The notes under the pieces are model-generated. The model was given only the letters and a program-made list of their open reading frames with translations, searched no databases and was not told where the DNA came from. Positions 31,883 through 44,106 of a stretch of 59,080 nt of DNA are shown here, one piece after another (the stretch's first letter is position 1; each line of letters opens with the position of its first letter). A program made the translations under genes and the position numbers. Source of the stretch: Nitrospirae bacterium MYbin3 (GTDB taxonomy: Bacteria; Nitrospirota; Thermodesulfovibrionia; Thermodesulfovibrionales; Dissulfurispiraceae); contig PEAD01000003.1 in NCBI GenBank assembly GCA_002753335.1, positions 124,001-183,080 on the forward strand, given 5' to 3'.

Positions 31883-33004
31883 ATGGATGCGATGGATAAA
31901 CTTAAAATTCTTTCGCAGGATTCACAGTATGATCTTGCCTGCGCTTGCGGCACGGGCAAGGATGACCGAAGGCACAGAGGACTTGACGGGAAGTGGCTTT
32001 ATCCAGTGTCTTTGCCTCAGGGCGGATATTCGGTTTTATTGAAGACTCTTATGTCGAATGCGTGTTCCAATGACTGCAAATACTGTCCCTTGCGTTCAGA
32101 AAGCAATGTGCAGCGCTGCACGCTTCAGCCGGAAGAGACCGTAAATATCTTTATGGAATATGCGCGAAAGAAAATAGTTTTCGGGCTTTTTCTGAGCTCA
32201 GGCGTAATCGGCAGTCCTGACAATACTATGGACAGGCTTAATGCCGTAGCTAGGATACTCAGATACAAACACGATTATAGGGGATACATTCATCTAAAAG
32301 TTATTCCGGGCGCTTCAGATGCCGCGATTGAGGATTCTATTTCCTTATCAAATGCGGTTTCCCTTAATATCGAGACGCCCGGCAAGAAACGCTTTGAGCT
32401 CCTTTCGTCAAAGAAAAACTACATTGACGATATTATAAGGCCGCTTAAGCTTATGGCAAAGCTTACAGGTCAGGGCATGAAGCGCTCAAAGGTGAAATGC
32501 ACCACACAGTTTATTGTGGGCGCTTCGGACGAGACCGACTCCGAAATTATACGCTACATGCTTAGCTTGTATAACCGCCTAAAATTTCAGCGTGTCTATT
32601 TTTCTGCCTATCAAAAAGGATTGGGCCATCCGGATATACCCGGAGAAAGGATGTTTCAGCTATCGCCTGACAAAATGTTTATGCGTGAACACCGGTTGTA
32701 TCAAGCAGACTTTCTTGTGAGGAGATATGGTTTTTTGCAGGACGATATTATATTGGACGGCTCGGGGAATTTGAGCCTCGATAAAGATCCTAAAGAAATA
32801 TGGGCAGACAGGCATCCTGAGTTCTTTCCTGTACTTGTCAACAAGGCCGAAAAAGAAGACCTGCTTAAAGTTCCCGGATTGGGACCGCAAACAGCGGATA
32901 CGATTTTGAAACAGAGGCGTTGCCGTAAAATAAGCAGTTTCAGCGATATGGGACTAAAGGGCAGAAGGCTTGAAAAGGCCAATAAATATGTAATTTTTGA
33001 GTGA
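31883..33004 (+). CDS. Putative DNA modification/repair radical SAM protein (TIGR03916-like) with C-terminal HhH
   Basis: SQYDLAC, LLKTLMSNACSNDCKYC (CX3CX2C), GLFLSSG, YIHLKVIPGA, REHRLYQADFL, VPGLG. Confidence 0.88.
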   Translation: MDAMDKLKILSQDSQYDLACACGTGKDDRRHRGLDGKWLYPVSLPQGGYSVLLKTLMSNACSNDCKYCPLRSESNVQRCTLQPEETVNIFMEYARKKIVFGLFLSSGVIGSPDNTMDRLNAVARILRYKHDYRGYIHLKVIPGASDAAIEDSISLSNAVSLNIETPGKKRFELLSSKKNYIDDIIRPLKLMAKLTGQGMKRSKVKCTTQFIVGASDETDSEIIRYMLSLYNRLKFQRVYFSAYQKGLGHPDIPGERMFQLSPDKMFMREHRLYQADFLVRRYGFLQDDIILDGSGNLSLDKDPKEIWADRHPEFFPVLVNKAEKEDLLKVPGLGPQTADTILKQRRCRKISSFSDMGLKGRRLEKANKYVIFE

Positions 33005-33131
33005 CTCCCGAATTGTTTTCGGATTTGTTGTTTGTTTATAATTAAAATTCTATGACCTCACGCTCAGCCATTTCAAAAATGAATTCGACAAGCTGAAGCA
33101 TTAGTTCGTATAATTACAGGTTATTTTGATC

Positions 33132-33204
33132 GCCGCCTTAGCTCAGTTGGTAGAGCAATTGATTCGTAATCAATAGGTCGTCGGTTCGACTCCGATAGGC
33201 GGCT
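33132..33204 (+). tRNA. tRNA-Thr (anticodon CGT), CCA not encoded
   Basis: Acceptor stem GCCGCCT/AGGCGGC, D arm GCTC/GAGC, anticodon arm ATTGA-TTCGTAA-TCAAT, T loop TTCGACT. Confidence 0.96.
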
Positions 33205-33224
33205 TTTCTTTTCAGTATAACAGG

Positions 33225-34298
33225 TCAGTCTTTTTTCAATTCGTAAATCTTAAAGAACTCCGGAGCTATCGATAGGAAGGCTTCAAGGATTTCTGGATCA
33301 AAGTGTTCTGGTTTTGTTCTTCCATCTCCTTCTGCCAATATCTTTATAACCTCTTCGTGGGTCATAGATTTTTTGTAAGGTCTGCGGCATATCAATGCAT
33401 CATACTGGTCGCATATAATCACTATTCTGGATTCTATAGGTATCTCTTCTCTTTGTTTGCCCAGAGGATATCCTGAACCATCCCATCTTTCGTGGTGGTT
33501 CAATGCGATGGAAGCGGCCATCTGAATATGAGGGAAGGAGGAGTTTTCGAACATTCTTCCGCCTATGACCGTATGCTGTTTCATGGTCTCAAACTCCTCT
33601 TTTGTGAGGCCGGAGGGCTTAAGAAGAATGCTGTCAGGAATGCCTATCTTACCTATGTCATGCATAGGACTTGTGAATGTTATGGTCTGGACAAAATCTG
33701 CTGACATGCCGAGTTTCTTTGAAAGCAGCTCAGAATACATGCCTATGCGCGTTATGTGGTGGCCTGTGTCTGTATCTCTGTATTCTGCTACGGTAAGCAG
33801 TCTTTGCATAAGCTCGTTGCTCATGTTTTTCAGCATCGCCATAGCATCAGCAAGTTCTTTAGTGCGTTTTTTTACCATGTCTTCCAAAATCTTTTTTTGC
33901 TGTTTTTCCATTTTTATCAGTGTGCCGTACTTGACAGCTTTTTTTATCGCATGGATAAGCTGCACCGCGTTGTATGGCTTAATGATAAAGTCGAATGCGC
34001 CTTTGCGCAGGGCATCCACAGCAGTTTCAAGATCGGCGTACGCTGTCATAAGGATAACCGGCATGTCAGGGTACATGTTATGGATTTTCCCGAGCAGTTC
34101 TGTGCCGGTTACTTCAGGCATTTTGATGTCAGATATCACGGTATCTATTTCATTGCGGGATAAGAAGTTTATGGCCTCTGTAGATTTGTTGCATTCCAGA
34201 GTAGCGAATCCCATTTCTTTTAAGATTTACGATGTGGATTCAAGAACAAATTTATCATCATCAACTATCAGTACTGTGCTCTTTTTTTCTTCCTGCAT
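33225..34298 (-). pseudogene. REC-HD-GYP cyclic-di-GMP phosphodiesterase (RpfG-like) with an in-frame TAA at codon 24
   Basis: ATG at 34298 gives MQEEKKSTVLIVDDDKFVLESTS*ILKEMGF, with TAA at 34229-34227. Downstream [18 protein letters not shown] and RPYK are intact. Confidence 0.8.
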
Positions 34299-34419
34299 TT
34301 TAAAATCTGCTCCGGGATTTTGAATTCTTATTTTATAAACAAGGCACAATAGAGCTGTTCGTACTGTTATAATAAAGAAATTATTGACTTTAAACAAGCA
34401 CTGGGAGCAAATAGGACAG

Positions 34420-34641
34420 TTGGGTAATCAGGATGAAAAGCAGGTATTCAGGCAGTTGTTGGAGGCGAGCAGTGTTGGCATTCATCTTGTATTGTCAACA
34501 TTTGTGGGGCTGGCGATAGGGTATGGCCTCGACAAGCTTTTTAATACTTCCCCGTACCTTACGGTCTTTTTTCTTTTTGTTGGTATAGTGGCAGGATTTA
34601 TGGAGCTTGTGAAAATCGCTAAAAAACAGGGCAGAAATTGA
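34420..34641 (+). CDS. atpZ: AtpZ/AtpI (ATPase gene 1) family membrane protein
   Basis: VGIHLVLSTFVGLAIGYGLDKLFNTSPY...GIVAGF; start uncertain (TTG at 34384 or 34420). Confidence 0.85.
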   Translation: MGNQDEKQVFRQLLEASSVGIHLVLSTFVGLAIGYGLDKLFNTSPYLTVFFLFVGIVAGFMELVKIAKKQGRN

Positions 34642-34652
34642 GCGGATAGAAA

Positions 34653-35031
34653 ATGAAAGAAATGATAAGTGTAATAAACAGGCAGTCGGCCTTTATTGTT
34701 TTGCCTTTGGCCGTTGTATCTTTTTTTGTATTTGAGTGGCGTTTTGCTTTGAGCGTTATTATTGGAGGTTTAATAGGCGCTTTGAATTTCAAAGGCCTAT
34801 GCTGGAGCGTGAACAGTCTTTTGGGTATAGAAAAGGCCGAGACCAAGATGATGTTTCTTAGCTTTATCAGGCTGTTTATAATATTCTCAGTTCTTGTGAC
34901 GCTTGCGGCCTTGGGGATACTGAAGGCCGCAGGGCTTCTTGTAGGTTTTACGGTTGTGTTCATAATAATCGTTAAAGAAGGTTTGTTGAAATCAATAAGA
35001 GATGCTAAAAAACAAGATTCTGGCGGCCTTG

Positions 35032-35039
<8 letters not shown>
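34653..35039 (+). CDS. atpI: ATP synthase subunit I-like membrane protein
   Basis: Four hydrophobic segments, GGLIGALNF and IRLFII pattern; follows atpZ. Confidence 0.75.
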
Positions 35040-36842
<1,803 letters not shown>

Positions 36843-36909
36843 AACATAGCTCTGAACGAAAGAGACTTATCCCTATTTCTGAATGGTGTAATTTAGAAAA
36901 TAGCCGCTC

Positions 36910-38721
36910 TTATTTTTGCGGCTTCGGTCTTTTGTTCGATTCGAGAACTCTTTTTCTTAGTCTTATAGATTGAGGAGTTATCTCGACAAGTTCATCCTCT
37001 TTAATAAATTCGAGCGCCTGCTCAAGATTCATTAACTTGGGCGGAATTAACTGAATGAGGTCATCCGAGCCTGAAGCGCGCATATTTGTGAGCTTCTTCT
37101 CTTTGGTTACATTCACATCAAGGTCATTCTCGCGTGAGTTTTCTCCTATTATCATTCCTTCATAGACCTGAATGTTTTCTGGAATAATCAGTGTTCCTCG
37201 CGGCTGCAGATGAAAAAGCGCATACGGGGTTGTCCTTCCTGCCCTGTCTGCAACAAGCGCTCCGGTCTGTCTTTTTGACATAGGGCCGCACCACGGCTCG
37301 TATCCGTCAAAAAGGTGGTTAAGCAGGCCGGTACCTTTCGTGTCTGTAAGAAACTGTGTTCTGAATCCTATGAGTCCACGCGATGGTATCCTGAACTCAA
37401 GCCGCACCCTGCCGTGGCCGTTGTTCTGCATCTTCTGCATGCGGCCTTTTCTCATACCTATTTTCTGAGTGACAACGCCTACATAATCTTCAGGAACATC
37501 AATTACGAGTAGTTCGAACGGTTCGCTTAGAATCCCGTCTATGCTTTTGGTTATAGTTTCGGGCATCGAAACTGCCAACTCGTAGCCTTCGCGCCGCATC
37601 ATCTCTATAAGTATTGCCAGCTGAAGCTCGCCTCTGCCCATAACCTTAAAAGAGTCAGGATTATCGAAATCAACTTTGATAGCCACATTGTAAAGAAGCT
37701 CTTTTTCGAGCCGCTCCCTCAGATTTCGCGAAGTCACATATTTGCCTTCACGTCCAGAAAATGGCGATGTGTTTATGGAAAAGACCATAGAGATCGTAGG
37801 CTCATCAACCTTGATTCTCGGCAGAGGTCGCGGATCTTCTATGTCTGTGATAGTATCGCCGATATTGATCCCTTCTATTCCGGCAAGGGCTACGATTTCT
37901 CCAACAGACGCTTCTTTTACATCTACGCGATCCAGTCCCTGAAAAATATATAGGGAGGAAACCTTTGTTCTGATAGATTCACCGTTGATATTCACCATCG
38001 CTACTGTATCTCCGACCTTGACCGTGCCGGCAAAGATACGTCCGATAGCAAGTCTTCCTACGTAGTCGTTATAGTCTATATTAGTAACAAGGAGCTGAAG
38101 GACGTCTGTATTTCCCTCGGGCGGTTTAACTGTGTTGAGAATAATTTCGAATAAGGGACGCAATCCGTCCGCATCATCGTCCGGAGTGTCAGCATTCATT
38201 TTTGCGATGCCTTTTTTTGCATTTGTATAGATAATAGGAAACTCAAGCTGCTGCTCTGTTGCGTCAAGGTCTATAAACAGGTCATAAACCTCGTTCAGAA
38301 CTTCCTGTATCCTGGCATCGGCGCGATCTATTTTGTTTATTACCAGCACCGGAGGAAGACTGAGTTCAAGGGCTTTTTTTAATACAAACCTTGTTTGGGG
38401 AAGCGGGCCTTCGGATGCGTCAACCATAAGCAGGACGCCATCAACCATCTTTAAAGTTCGCTCAACTTCTCCGCCAAAGTCAGCGTGGCCGGGTGTATCA
38501 ACTATGTTTATCTTCACGCCGTTGTACTCGACAGCCGTGTTTTTTGCCATTATCGTTATCCCGCGCTCACGCTCAAGATCGATGTTGTCCATTACCCTTT
38601 CCTGGACGCGCTCGTTCGAGCGGAATATGCCGCCCTGCCTAAGCAACCCGTCAACCAGCGTTGTCTTGCCGTGGTCAACGTGGGCAATAATAGCTATGTT
38701 TCTAATGTCGTTTCTTTGCAT
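36910..38721 (-). CDS. typA: Translational GTPase TypA/BipA
   Basis: [40 protein letters not shown]. Confidence 0.98.
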   Translation of the reverse strand: MQRNDIRNIAIIAHVDHGKTTLVDGLLRQGGIFRSNERVQERVMDNIDLERERGITIMAKNTAVEYNGVKINIVDTPGHADFGGEVERTLKMVDGVLLMVDASEGPLPQTRFVLKKALELSLPPVLVINKIDRADARIQEVLNEVYDLFIDLDATEQQLEFPIIYTNAKKGIAKMNADTPDDDADGLRPLFEIILNTVKPPEGNTDVLQLLVTNIDYNDYVGRLAIGRIFAGTVKVGDTVAMVNINGESIRTKVSSLYIFQGLDRVDVKEASVGEIVALAGIEGINIGDTITDIEDPRPLPRIKVDEPTISMVFSINTSPFSGREGKYVTSRNLRERLEKELLYNVAIKVDFDNPDSFKVMGRGELQLAILIEMMRREGYELAVSMPETITKSIDGILSEPFELLVIDVPEDYVGVVTQKIGMRKGRMQKMQNNGHGRVRLEFRIPSRGLIGFRTQFLTDTKGTGLLNHLFDGYEPWCGPMSKRQTGALVADRAGRTTPYALFHLQPRGTLIIPENIQVYEGMIIGENSRENDLDVNVTKEKKLTNMRASGSDDLIQLIPPKLMNLEQALEFIKEDELVEITPQSIRLRKRVLESNKRPKPQK

Positions 38722-38769
38722 GATACTCCTAAGGTATTTTTATTTTTGGGAGGAAAAGAGAAAAGAAAT

Positions 38770-39327
38770 TTATCTTCTAACCCAGAAGGTTTCTACAAGG
38801 CCAAATTTCCAAGCACCGTTTTCTTTGAACATTTTTAGTTTTGCCGGCTGTTGAGCTGTTTTGTATGTGACAATTATCTCAGCCTTATCGCTTCTAACAA
38901 AGCCAATCTCCCACTTGGACTGGCTCAAAACCATTTCTGGGTCGAATGCTGTAAGGAAGTTATACCAATAAGTAACACACAATTCTTTGCATTCAGAAAA
39001 GTTATCCTCAACATACTTTAATGTAAAATCTTTTCTGAACCCCGCTTTTTTTTCTTCTTTATAAACGTCCTTTAAAATAGTTTCTTTAGATTCAGTTGTC
39101 AAAAAATTCCATATTTCGATGTAATTCTTGCTTTCGGCTGCTGTAACAATAGAATTGTCTTTTTTTGATTTTTTCATTGCTACAAATGTATTTTCTGCAG
39201 TTTTTAGAACAGCATCTGTTTCCTGATTTAATTCAGCGCAAAGCGCATAATTTGCGGATATAAGCAAGAAAAAAATAACAGCAATGATTAATAAAAATGA
39301 TTGCTGTATTTTTGTTTGAAGTATCAT
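38770..39327 (-). CDS. Hypothetical exported protein
   Basis: Signal-peptide-like N-terminus from ATG 39327; ends KMFKENGAWKFGL. The longer ORF start lies inside a terminator hairpin. Confidence 0.7.
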   Translation of the reverse strand: MILQTKIQQSFLLIIAVIFFLLISANYALCAELNQETDAVLKTAENTFVAMKKSKKDNSIVTAAESKNYIEIWNFLTTESKETILKDVYKEEKKAGFRKDFTLKYVEDNFSECKELCVTYWYNFLTAFDPEMVLSQSKWEIGFVRSDKAEIIVTYKTAQQPAKLKMFKENGAWKFGLVETFWVRR

Positions 39328-39348
39328 TGATTTTGTGTAGTGGTAAGC

Positions 39349-39383
39349 AAAAAGGGGCAATGCCCAAAATGGCATTGCCCCTT
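39349..39383 (-). terminator. Intrinsic terminator after the Gly/Ala-rich gene
   Basis: Perfect 13-bp stem AAGGGGCAATGCC / GGCATTGCCCCTT with a 6-nt loop and a T run on the minus strand. Confidence 0.8.
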
Positions 39384-39395
39384 AAATCAATTGAT

Positions 39396-40046
39396 CTATG
39401 GAGCGGTGTGCTGCGTTGTGAATGTTGCTCCGTGTTTCGTTACGAACTGTGAATATAGATAGTTGTGGAATGCTGTCCAATTATTTGAATTGTTATACGT
39501 TGTATGTGCTTCACCTAATATATGATGCATAGTTGTTAAATCTAAAGAAGAACAAACATATTCGGCAACAGTAGTCAAGTTATTTCCAATTACTGCAGCA
39601 CCACCGCTTTGATCTGCTCCATAACTTGCAGTACCATAAACAGGCAAACAGTTAGTTGTTGTAGAAGAAGCAACACTTGTAGATGTTGTTCCGCCTGATG
39701 CTACAACCGCAACCGCAACTGCTGCTGCAACCGCAACTGCTGCTGCAATGGTTCCAGCACCAATTCCTGCTGCTGCTGCTGTTCCTGCTGCTGCGCCTGC
39801 TCCGGCTGCACCTGCTCCGGCTCCTGCAGCTCCACTTCCCGCACCGGCTCCAGCGCCTGATCCTGCTCCAGCACCACTTCCTGCACCGGCTCCACCACCT
39901 GATCCACCACTACCAGCACCTGCTGCGCTACCTTTTCCTGCTTCAGCGGCATATACCATTGTGGTATAGCCAGGCAACATAAAGGTACTCAGTACGAAGA
40001 TGCTGAAAAATACTAGAAAAATTCTTAAATCCAAAGTCTTTCTCAT
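39396..40046 (-). CDS. Exported Gly/Ala-rich low-complexity protein (YjbE/GfcA-like)
   Basis: AGGAGG RBS, signal peptide, GAGSGAG repeats, AAAVAVA hydrophobic stretch then TTSTS; directly downstream of yjbH. Confidence 0.7.
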   Translation of the reverse strand: MRKTLDLRIFLVFFSIFVLSTFMLPGYTTMVYAAEAGKGSAAGAGSGGSGGGAGAGSGAGAGSGAGAGAGSGAAGAGAGAAGAGAAAGTAAAAGIGAGTIAAAVAVAAAVAVAVVASGGTTSTSVASSTTTNCLPVYGTASYGADQSGGAAVIGNNLTTVAEYVCSSLDLTTMHHILGEAHTTYNNSNNWTAFHNYLYSQFVTKHGATFTTQHTAP

Positions 40047-40156
40047 AATAAAAACCTCCTTTTTTTTTCTATTAATTATTGCCTGATTTATATTTTAGAT
40101 GAAATCAAACTATATAAGTTATAAAGCAATAGATAGTCCTTTGTCAAGAGAAAAAA

Positions 40157-42193
40157 TTATTTATAAAGTATCCCACTATTTTTGTCTTTATTGATAAAGA
40201 CTTTAGTGTTTCTGTCTATGAAATCAAATAATGGGGTGAAATGGTCAATATCCTGTGCCACGTCTCGTGTCCATGGTGAAAGCTTATGCGGGAATACTGT
40301 TTTTGTATCCTTTCCTGACAAAAATCGGAGAGGTATTTTAAATTCAAAGCCTTTATCATGGTAGCCTCTGTTAACGGTATCTTCTGGTGGAAATACTGAC
40401 GTGTCTGTGAAACTATAAAATACAGAAAATTCTACCCCGTTGATGCTCTTTGATACTGTAACCCTCGTCCCCACATCACCAGCAAGGAATTTGCCATATT
40501 TGATAGCCAATGCACTCTCGGATTCTGGGAAATTGATTTTCGTATTTACAAAAGATGTTGAATAATGTTCCTTTGGATCATTTTTTTTCAGCTGCAACGG
40601 GTTGTCAGGGTCTCTTTTTTTTACGATGCTTGTGCTTAATCCTGCCAGTAATCTTCCGTCAAAAAATGGTTTTGCGATTTCAAGGTCAAGTCCTGCGTAT
40701 TCTAATTCAAGGATTCCAAATGCAAGCTTGGAATAAATCTGAGGTTCAAATCGGTTCATCTGCTGGAATAAAAATTTATCGAATACGAGTGTATCTAAAT
40801 AGTTCACGTAGTCTGAACGGACAGGGTTTGATAGAGGTTCGTTTTTTGTTGAGATGTCAGAGAGAGGGAAGAATCCAATGCCTCCTACTACCATTCCGCC
40901 ATCCCATATTTTGTAGCCAGCCCAACCAAGTGCGCCTAGCATGCCTTTGAAGAAGCCTGTTGGATCGTTAAGGTACAAAGAAAAATGGGGCTTGTAGCCG
41001 AACGCTAAATCACTTTCTTTCATTGTCCTTGTAAATTTTGGAACCGACAAATGCTCAGTTTCGAACTTTGATAGGTGGAAGAACTCTCCGGTGGTAAGCC
41101 TTCCATCTATATAATCGATAATATCAAAGCGTTTTGCATGGAATGAAAGAACCGGAAGATCGTTCTCTCTGAGTATTATTATTACGTCTTCGATCTCTTC
41201 AGGTATTATTGGGCCTATTTTTTTAAGGGCTATTAGCAACGCCTTCATGTTGTAAAAATATGTGGAGTTTGACATGCCTATATAGAGCGTTTTTCGATCG
41301 ACTTTTATTCCAATATCTCCTAAGCCTGAAAACAGCAGTGCGATTTCTATACGCTTAAGCCAGTCGCCGCCTTTGTAATCCTTTGCCTCAATGTACTCTG
41401 TATTAAAAATCGGAACCAGCGGTTTTCCTATCTCAAAAGGAATAGAGTAATGGACGCCGACTTTATCACCTCTTTGATAGCTGACTCCAACTTCAGCATC
41501 CTTAATAGGCTTCCATCTAGCCCCAAAGTTGTACTGCGAAGGAACAGGGGTATCGAAATATTTTCTACGCGCAGGGTCTTGTGTTTGATTATGGTACTGG
41601 ATAGGATTAAACTCAGCCATAAATGAATATTCTTTGGAAGGAGAGAACTGAACACCCCAGAAAAGCTGAGAATCTTTCATCCATGTTACTGGATCGCTCA
41701 TTATTTCTAGCTTCCATATTTCTCCCTCTGAGGACAGTGGCTTTCTTCCAAAGCGGCCGTTGCCGTAGCCTACCGTAAAATCAAAAGGATATATTTGTTT
41801 GCTGAACGAAAGATATTGTGATGCATAAAGTCTTGTTCCGTGCGGGTCCATTATACCAACAGAAAAGGCCGGCAGATACTTGCTTTCTTTAATAGCCTGA
41901 TATTTAAAATCAATAGCTTTGTCCTTGTAATCGCCGTAGTCATCCCCTGAGGTGAAGCCAGCAACACCAAGGATTTGCACTATCCTTCCGTTTATCTCCA
42001 AACTCTCAATCGGACTTATTGTTCCGTAATAGTATCTGTAGGGGCTTACCTGATCTATACCCAACCGGAACGTATGTTTTTTCATAACCCTTGCTGTTGG
42101 TATTTCCATTAAGCCGGTGCTGCCCCAGTTTGAAGGGCCTGTAAAAGGCTCATCTGCGGCGAAAGATGAAGTGGCGATGTATAAGACAAACAC
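40157..42193 (-). CDS. YjbH/GfcD-family outer-membrane protein
   Basis: GSTGLMEIPTAR, YKDKAIDFKY...ESKYLPA, GKFLAGDVG, DKGF...IP, PWTRDVAQ. The frame stays open to a possible CTG start at 42259 after GAGGGG. Confidence 0.85.
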   Translation of the reverse strand: MFVLYIATSSFAADEPFTGPSNWGSTGLMEIPTARVMKKHTFRLGIDQVSPYRYYYGTISPIESLEINGRIVQILGVAGFTSGDDYGDYKDKAIDFKYQAIKESKYLPAFSVGIMDPHGTRLYASQYLSFSKQIYPFDFTVGYGNGRFGRKPLSSEGEIWKLEIMSDPVTWMKDSQLFWGVQFSPSKEYSFMAEFNPIQYHNQTQDPARRKYFDTPVPSQYNFGARWKPIKDAEVGVSYQRGDKVGVHYSIPFEIGKPLVPIFNTEYIEAKDYKGGDWLKRIEIALLFSGLGDIGIKVDRKTLYIGMSNSTYFYNMKALLIALKKIGPIIPEEIEDVIIILRENDLPVLSFHAKRFDIIDYIDGRLTTGEFFHLSKFETEHLSVPKFTRTMKESDLAFGYKPHFSLYLNDPTGFFKGMLGALGWAGYKIWDGGMVVGGIGFFPLSDISTKNEPLSNPVRSDYVNYLDTLVFDKFLFQQMNRFEPQIYSKLAFGILELEYAGLDLEIAKPFFDGRLLAGLSTSIVKKRDPDNPLQLKKNDPKEHYSTSFVNTKINFPESESALAIKYGKFLAGDVGTRVTVSKSINGVEFSVFYSFTDTSVFPPEDTVNRGYHDKGFEFKIPLRFLSGKDTKTVFPHKLSPWTRDVAQDIDHFTPLFDFIDRNTKVFINKDKNSGILYK

Positions 42194-42388
42194 GAGAGAA
42201 TATATGATAAACTTGACCTGAGAATCCCGATGTTTTTTTTTGAATCTAAAAAAATCCAGTTTGTATTCCCCTCAAATTTAGTGAAATTGCCGACGTCTTA
42301 ACTCCTTAAATTGGCGTAAAAGCATGTATTATAAGGGGTGTACGGCAAAAGACACCTACGGTTTTTTAATCTGATATAATATAGGTAA

Positions 42389-43285
42389 ATGTTATTCTTA
42401 TTCAAGGAATCTGCGATAAAACCATACATTTTGAAAGCAGCAGTCCTCTTTTTCTGCATATTTTTTTCTGTATCTGATTGCATTTCAGAAGTCATCAGCT
42501 CTGACATAGAATATAAGATAGAACGCGGTGATTATGGCGATGCGATTGCCGGGAAGCTAGGCTTGAACTGGAGCTACATAGCAAGCCAGAACTCAATTGA
42601 TTACAACTCGCCGCTTGCTGTAGGGCAGCTGCTGAAAGTCCGTTTTTTGAGGATTGTTCCGGAAGACAAGCTTGATAATGGAATTATAATAAATATACCC
42701 GACAGGACTCTTTACAGATTTGAAAATGGCAAGCTCAAGGATTATTATTTTATTGCTGCCGGCAAACCCACATGGCCCACACCCACAGGGGAGTTTATCA
42801 TCACTACCAAGGCAAAAGACCCTGTATGGAGGGTTCCTCCTTCGATTCAGGAAGAGATGGAGGAAGAGGGCAAGGAGGTTGTGGAAGAAGTGCCTCCCGG
42901 GCCCGATAATCCGCTGGGTAAATATTGGATCCAGCTATCTATAACCGGTATAGGCCTTCATGGCACGAATGCGCCAGAAAGCATCTACAAGTTTGCAAGC
43001 CACGGCTGCATGCGCCTGATGCCTGAAGTGGCCGAGTTTTTCTACAAAGACATAGCTGTAGGCACCAAAGGCCGGATTATCTATAAACCGGTAAAACTTA
43101 CCAGGACCGATAAGGGCCGAGTGCTTATAGAGGTTTATCGCGATTTTTATAAAACAGGTTTTAATTATCAGGATGAAGTAATGCGGCTTCTTTCGAAGTT
43201 CAATGCGATGAGACTGGTGGACTGGAATAAGATAAATGAAGCTATTGCGAAAAAGGATGGAATCGTAAAAGATGTTACAAAATGA
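42389..43285 (+). CDS. L,D-transpeptidase (LysM-like + YkuD)
   Basis: IIINIP, PTPTG.F, GPDNPLG, GLHGTN...SHGCMRL with catalytic His/Cys. Confidence 0.93.
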   Translation: MLFLFKESAIKPYILKAAVLFFCIFFSVSDCISEVISSDIEYKIERGDYGDAIAGKLGLNWSYIASQNSIDYNSPLAVGQLLKVRFLRIVPEDKLDNGIIINIPDRTLYRFENGKLKDYYFIAAGKPTWPTPTGEFIITTKAKDPVWRVPPSIQEEMEEEGKEVVEEVPPGPDNPLGKYWIQLSITGIGLHGTNAPESIYKFASHGCMRLMPEVAEFFYKDIAVGTKGRIIYKPVKLTRTDKGRVLIEVYRDFYKTGFNYQDEVMRLLSKFNAMRLVDWNKINEAIAKKDGIVKDVTK

Positions 43286-43288
43286 CGA

Positions 43289-43924
43289 CTATCTTTTATA
43301 CAGAGGCTTGAAAGATTTTAAGATTTTTTCAAAGACTGCGTCGTACCTGTCTGTCGATTCTTTTGGGTATCTCAATCTCAAAACATAAAACCCTTCTTTT
43401 GCAGGCAAAGCAACAAAACGTTCAAACACAGGCCGCTTAGATGCTGTTGAATGACTTCTGAAGCTTGCTGTGGTTGGATCGTATGCAAGACCTTCGTAGT
43501 CGAATACTGTGCGCTCGAAGGTTTTCCCTTTTAGGGATGAGATGATAATATTTTTTACCGGAGAGTATTTTTCATCCTTGTCGCTCAGGCCTTTTATCGG
43601 CTTAGAAAAAGTTTGTATAAAATGAGCGTAATTTTTATACATAGTATTCCCTTTTGCATAGAAGTTAATCGAGATAGTTGCCGAGCCCTCGTCATTTTTC
43701 GTGAAAACTTTGGTTCCATAAATCCTGTTGAGGTCATTATTTAGAGATGGGTTTTCGTGTCTGCTCCATTTTTTTGGGATCAGGCAACTGAAGAAGCCTT
43801 TTGCAGATCTGTATTTTATAAATTCTATGTTGTCAAATATCTGATAGGCGTCAACAGTGCATATATTGCTGACGGTGGTGGCGATCAAAATAAATAGAAA
43901 AAATAAAAACTTTTTAGCAGTCAT
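43289..43924 (-). CDS. Hypothetical exported protein (possibly PsbP-like fold)
   Basis: Signal peptide, FSCLIPKKW near the N-terminus, ends FEKILKSFKP. The fold call is inference. Confidence 0.65.
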   Translation of the reverse strand: MTAKKFLFFLFILIATTVSNICTVDAYQIFDNIEFIKYRSAKGFFSCLIPKKWSRHENPSLNNDLNRIYGTKVFTKNDEGSATISINFYAKGNTMYKNYAHFIQTFSKPIKGLSDKDEKYSPVKNIIISSLKGKTFERTVFDYEGLAYDPTTASFRSHSTASKRPVFERFVALPAKEGFYVLRLRYPKESTDRYDAVFEKILKSFKPLYKR

Positions 43925-43986
43925 ATATAGTTGTTTTTAATATTATCATTTTTATCTGAATTCGTATGATTTGAGCATAATGGCAT

Positions 43987-44023
43987 GGGGAAAATTGCCC
44001 CGACATGTGTGGTAAAATTACCC
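43987..44023. promoter_or_regulatory. Tandem near-palindromic boxes, candidate upstream activator sites for a sigma-54 activator
   Basis: GGGAAAATTGCCC (43988-44000) and GGTAAAATTACCC (44011-44023), 23 bp apart, upstream of the -24/-12 promoter. Confidence 0.55.
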
Positions 44024-44076
44024 GTATGTTCTCGGCTTTATAACAGTATATGGTTGTTTTATCAGGATACTTTTTA

Positions 44077-44092
44077 TGGCACTAAAGTTGCA
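44077..44092 (+). promoter_or_regulatory. Sigma-54 (-24/-12) promoter
   Basis: TGGCAC-TAAAG-TTGCA matches the consensus TGGCAC-N5-TTGC(A/T). Confidence 0.85.
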
Positions 44093-44106
44093 TTTTCTGC
44101 CTACCT

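Noticed and set aside
33132..33204. tRNA-anchored integrative element
   Set aside because: No integrase in the window, and no duplicate of the tRNA 3' end was noticed.
33565..34323. Long antisense ORFs (this 252-aa one, also 49692-50534 and 50811-51515)
   Set aside because: They are shadows of well-supported genes on the opposite strand and carry no recognisable motifs.
39396..40046. Magnetosome Mms6/MamD-like protein
   Set aside because: The repeats are Gly-Ala/Ser rather than Gly-Leu, no mam/mad genes are nearby, and the yjbH context explains it better.
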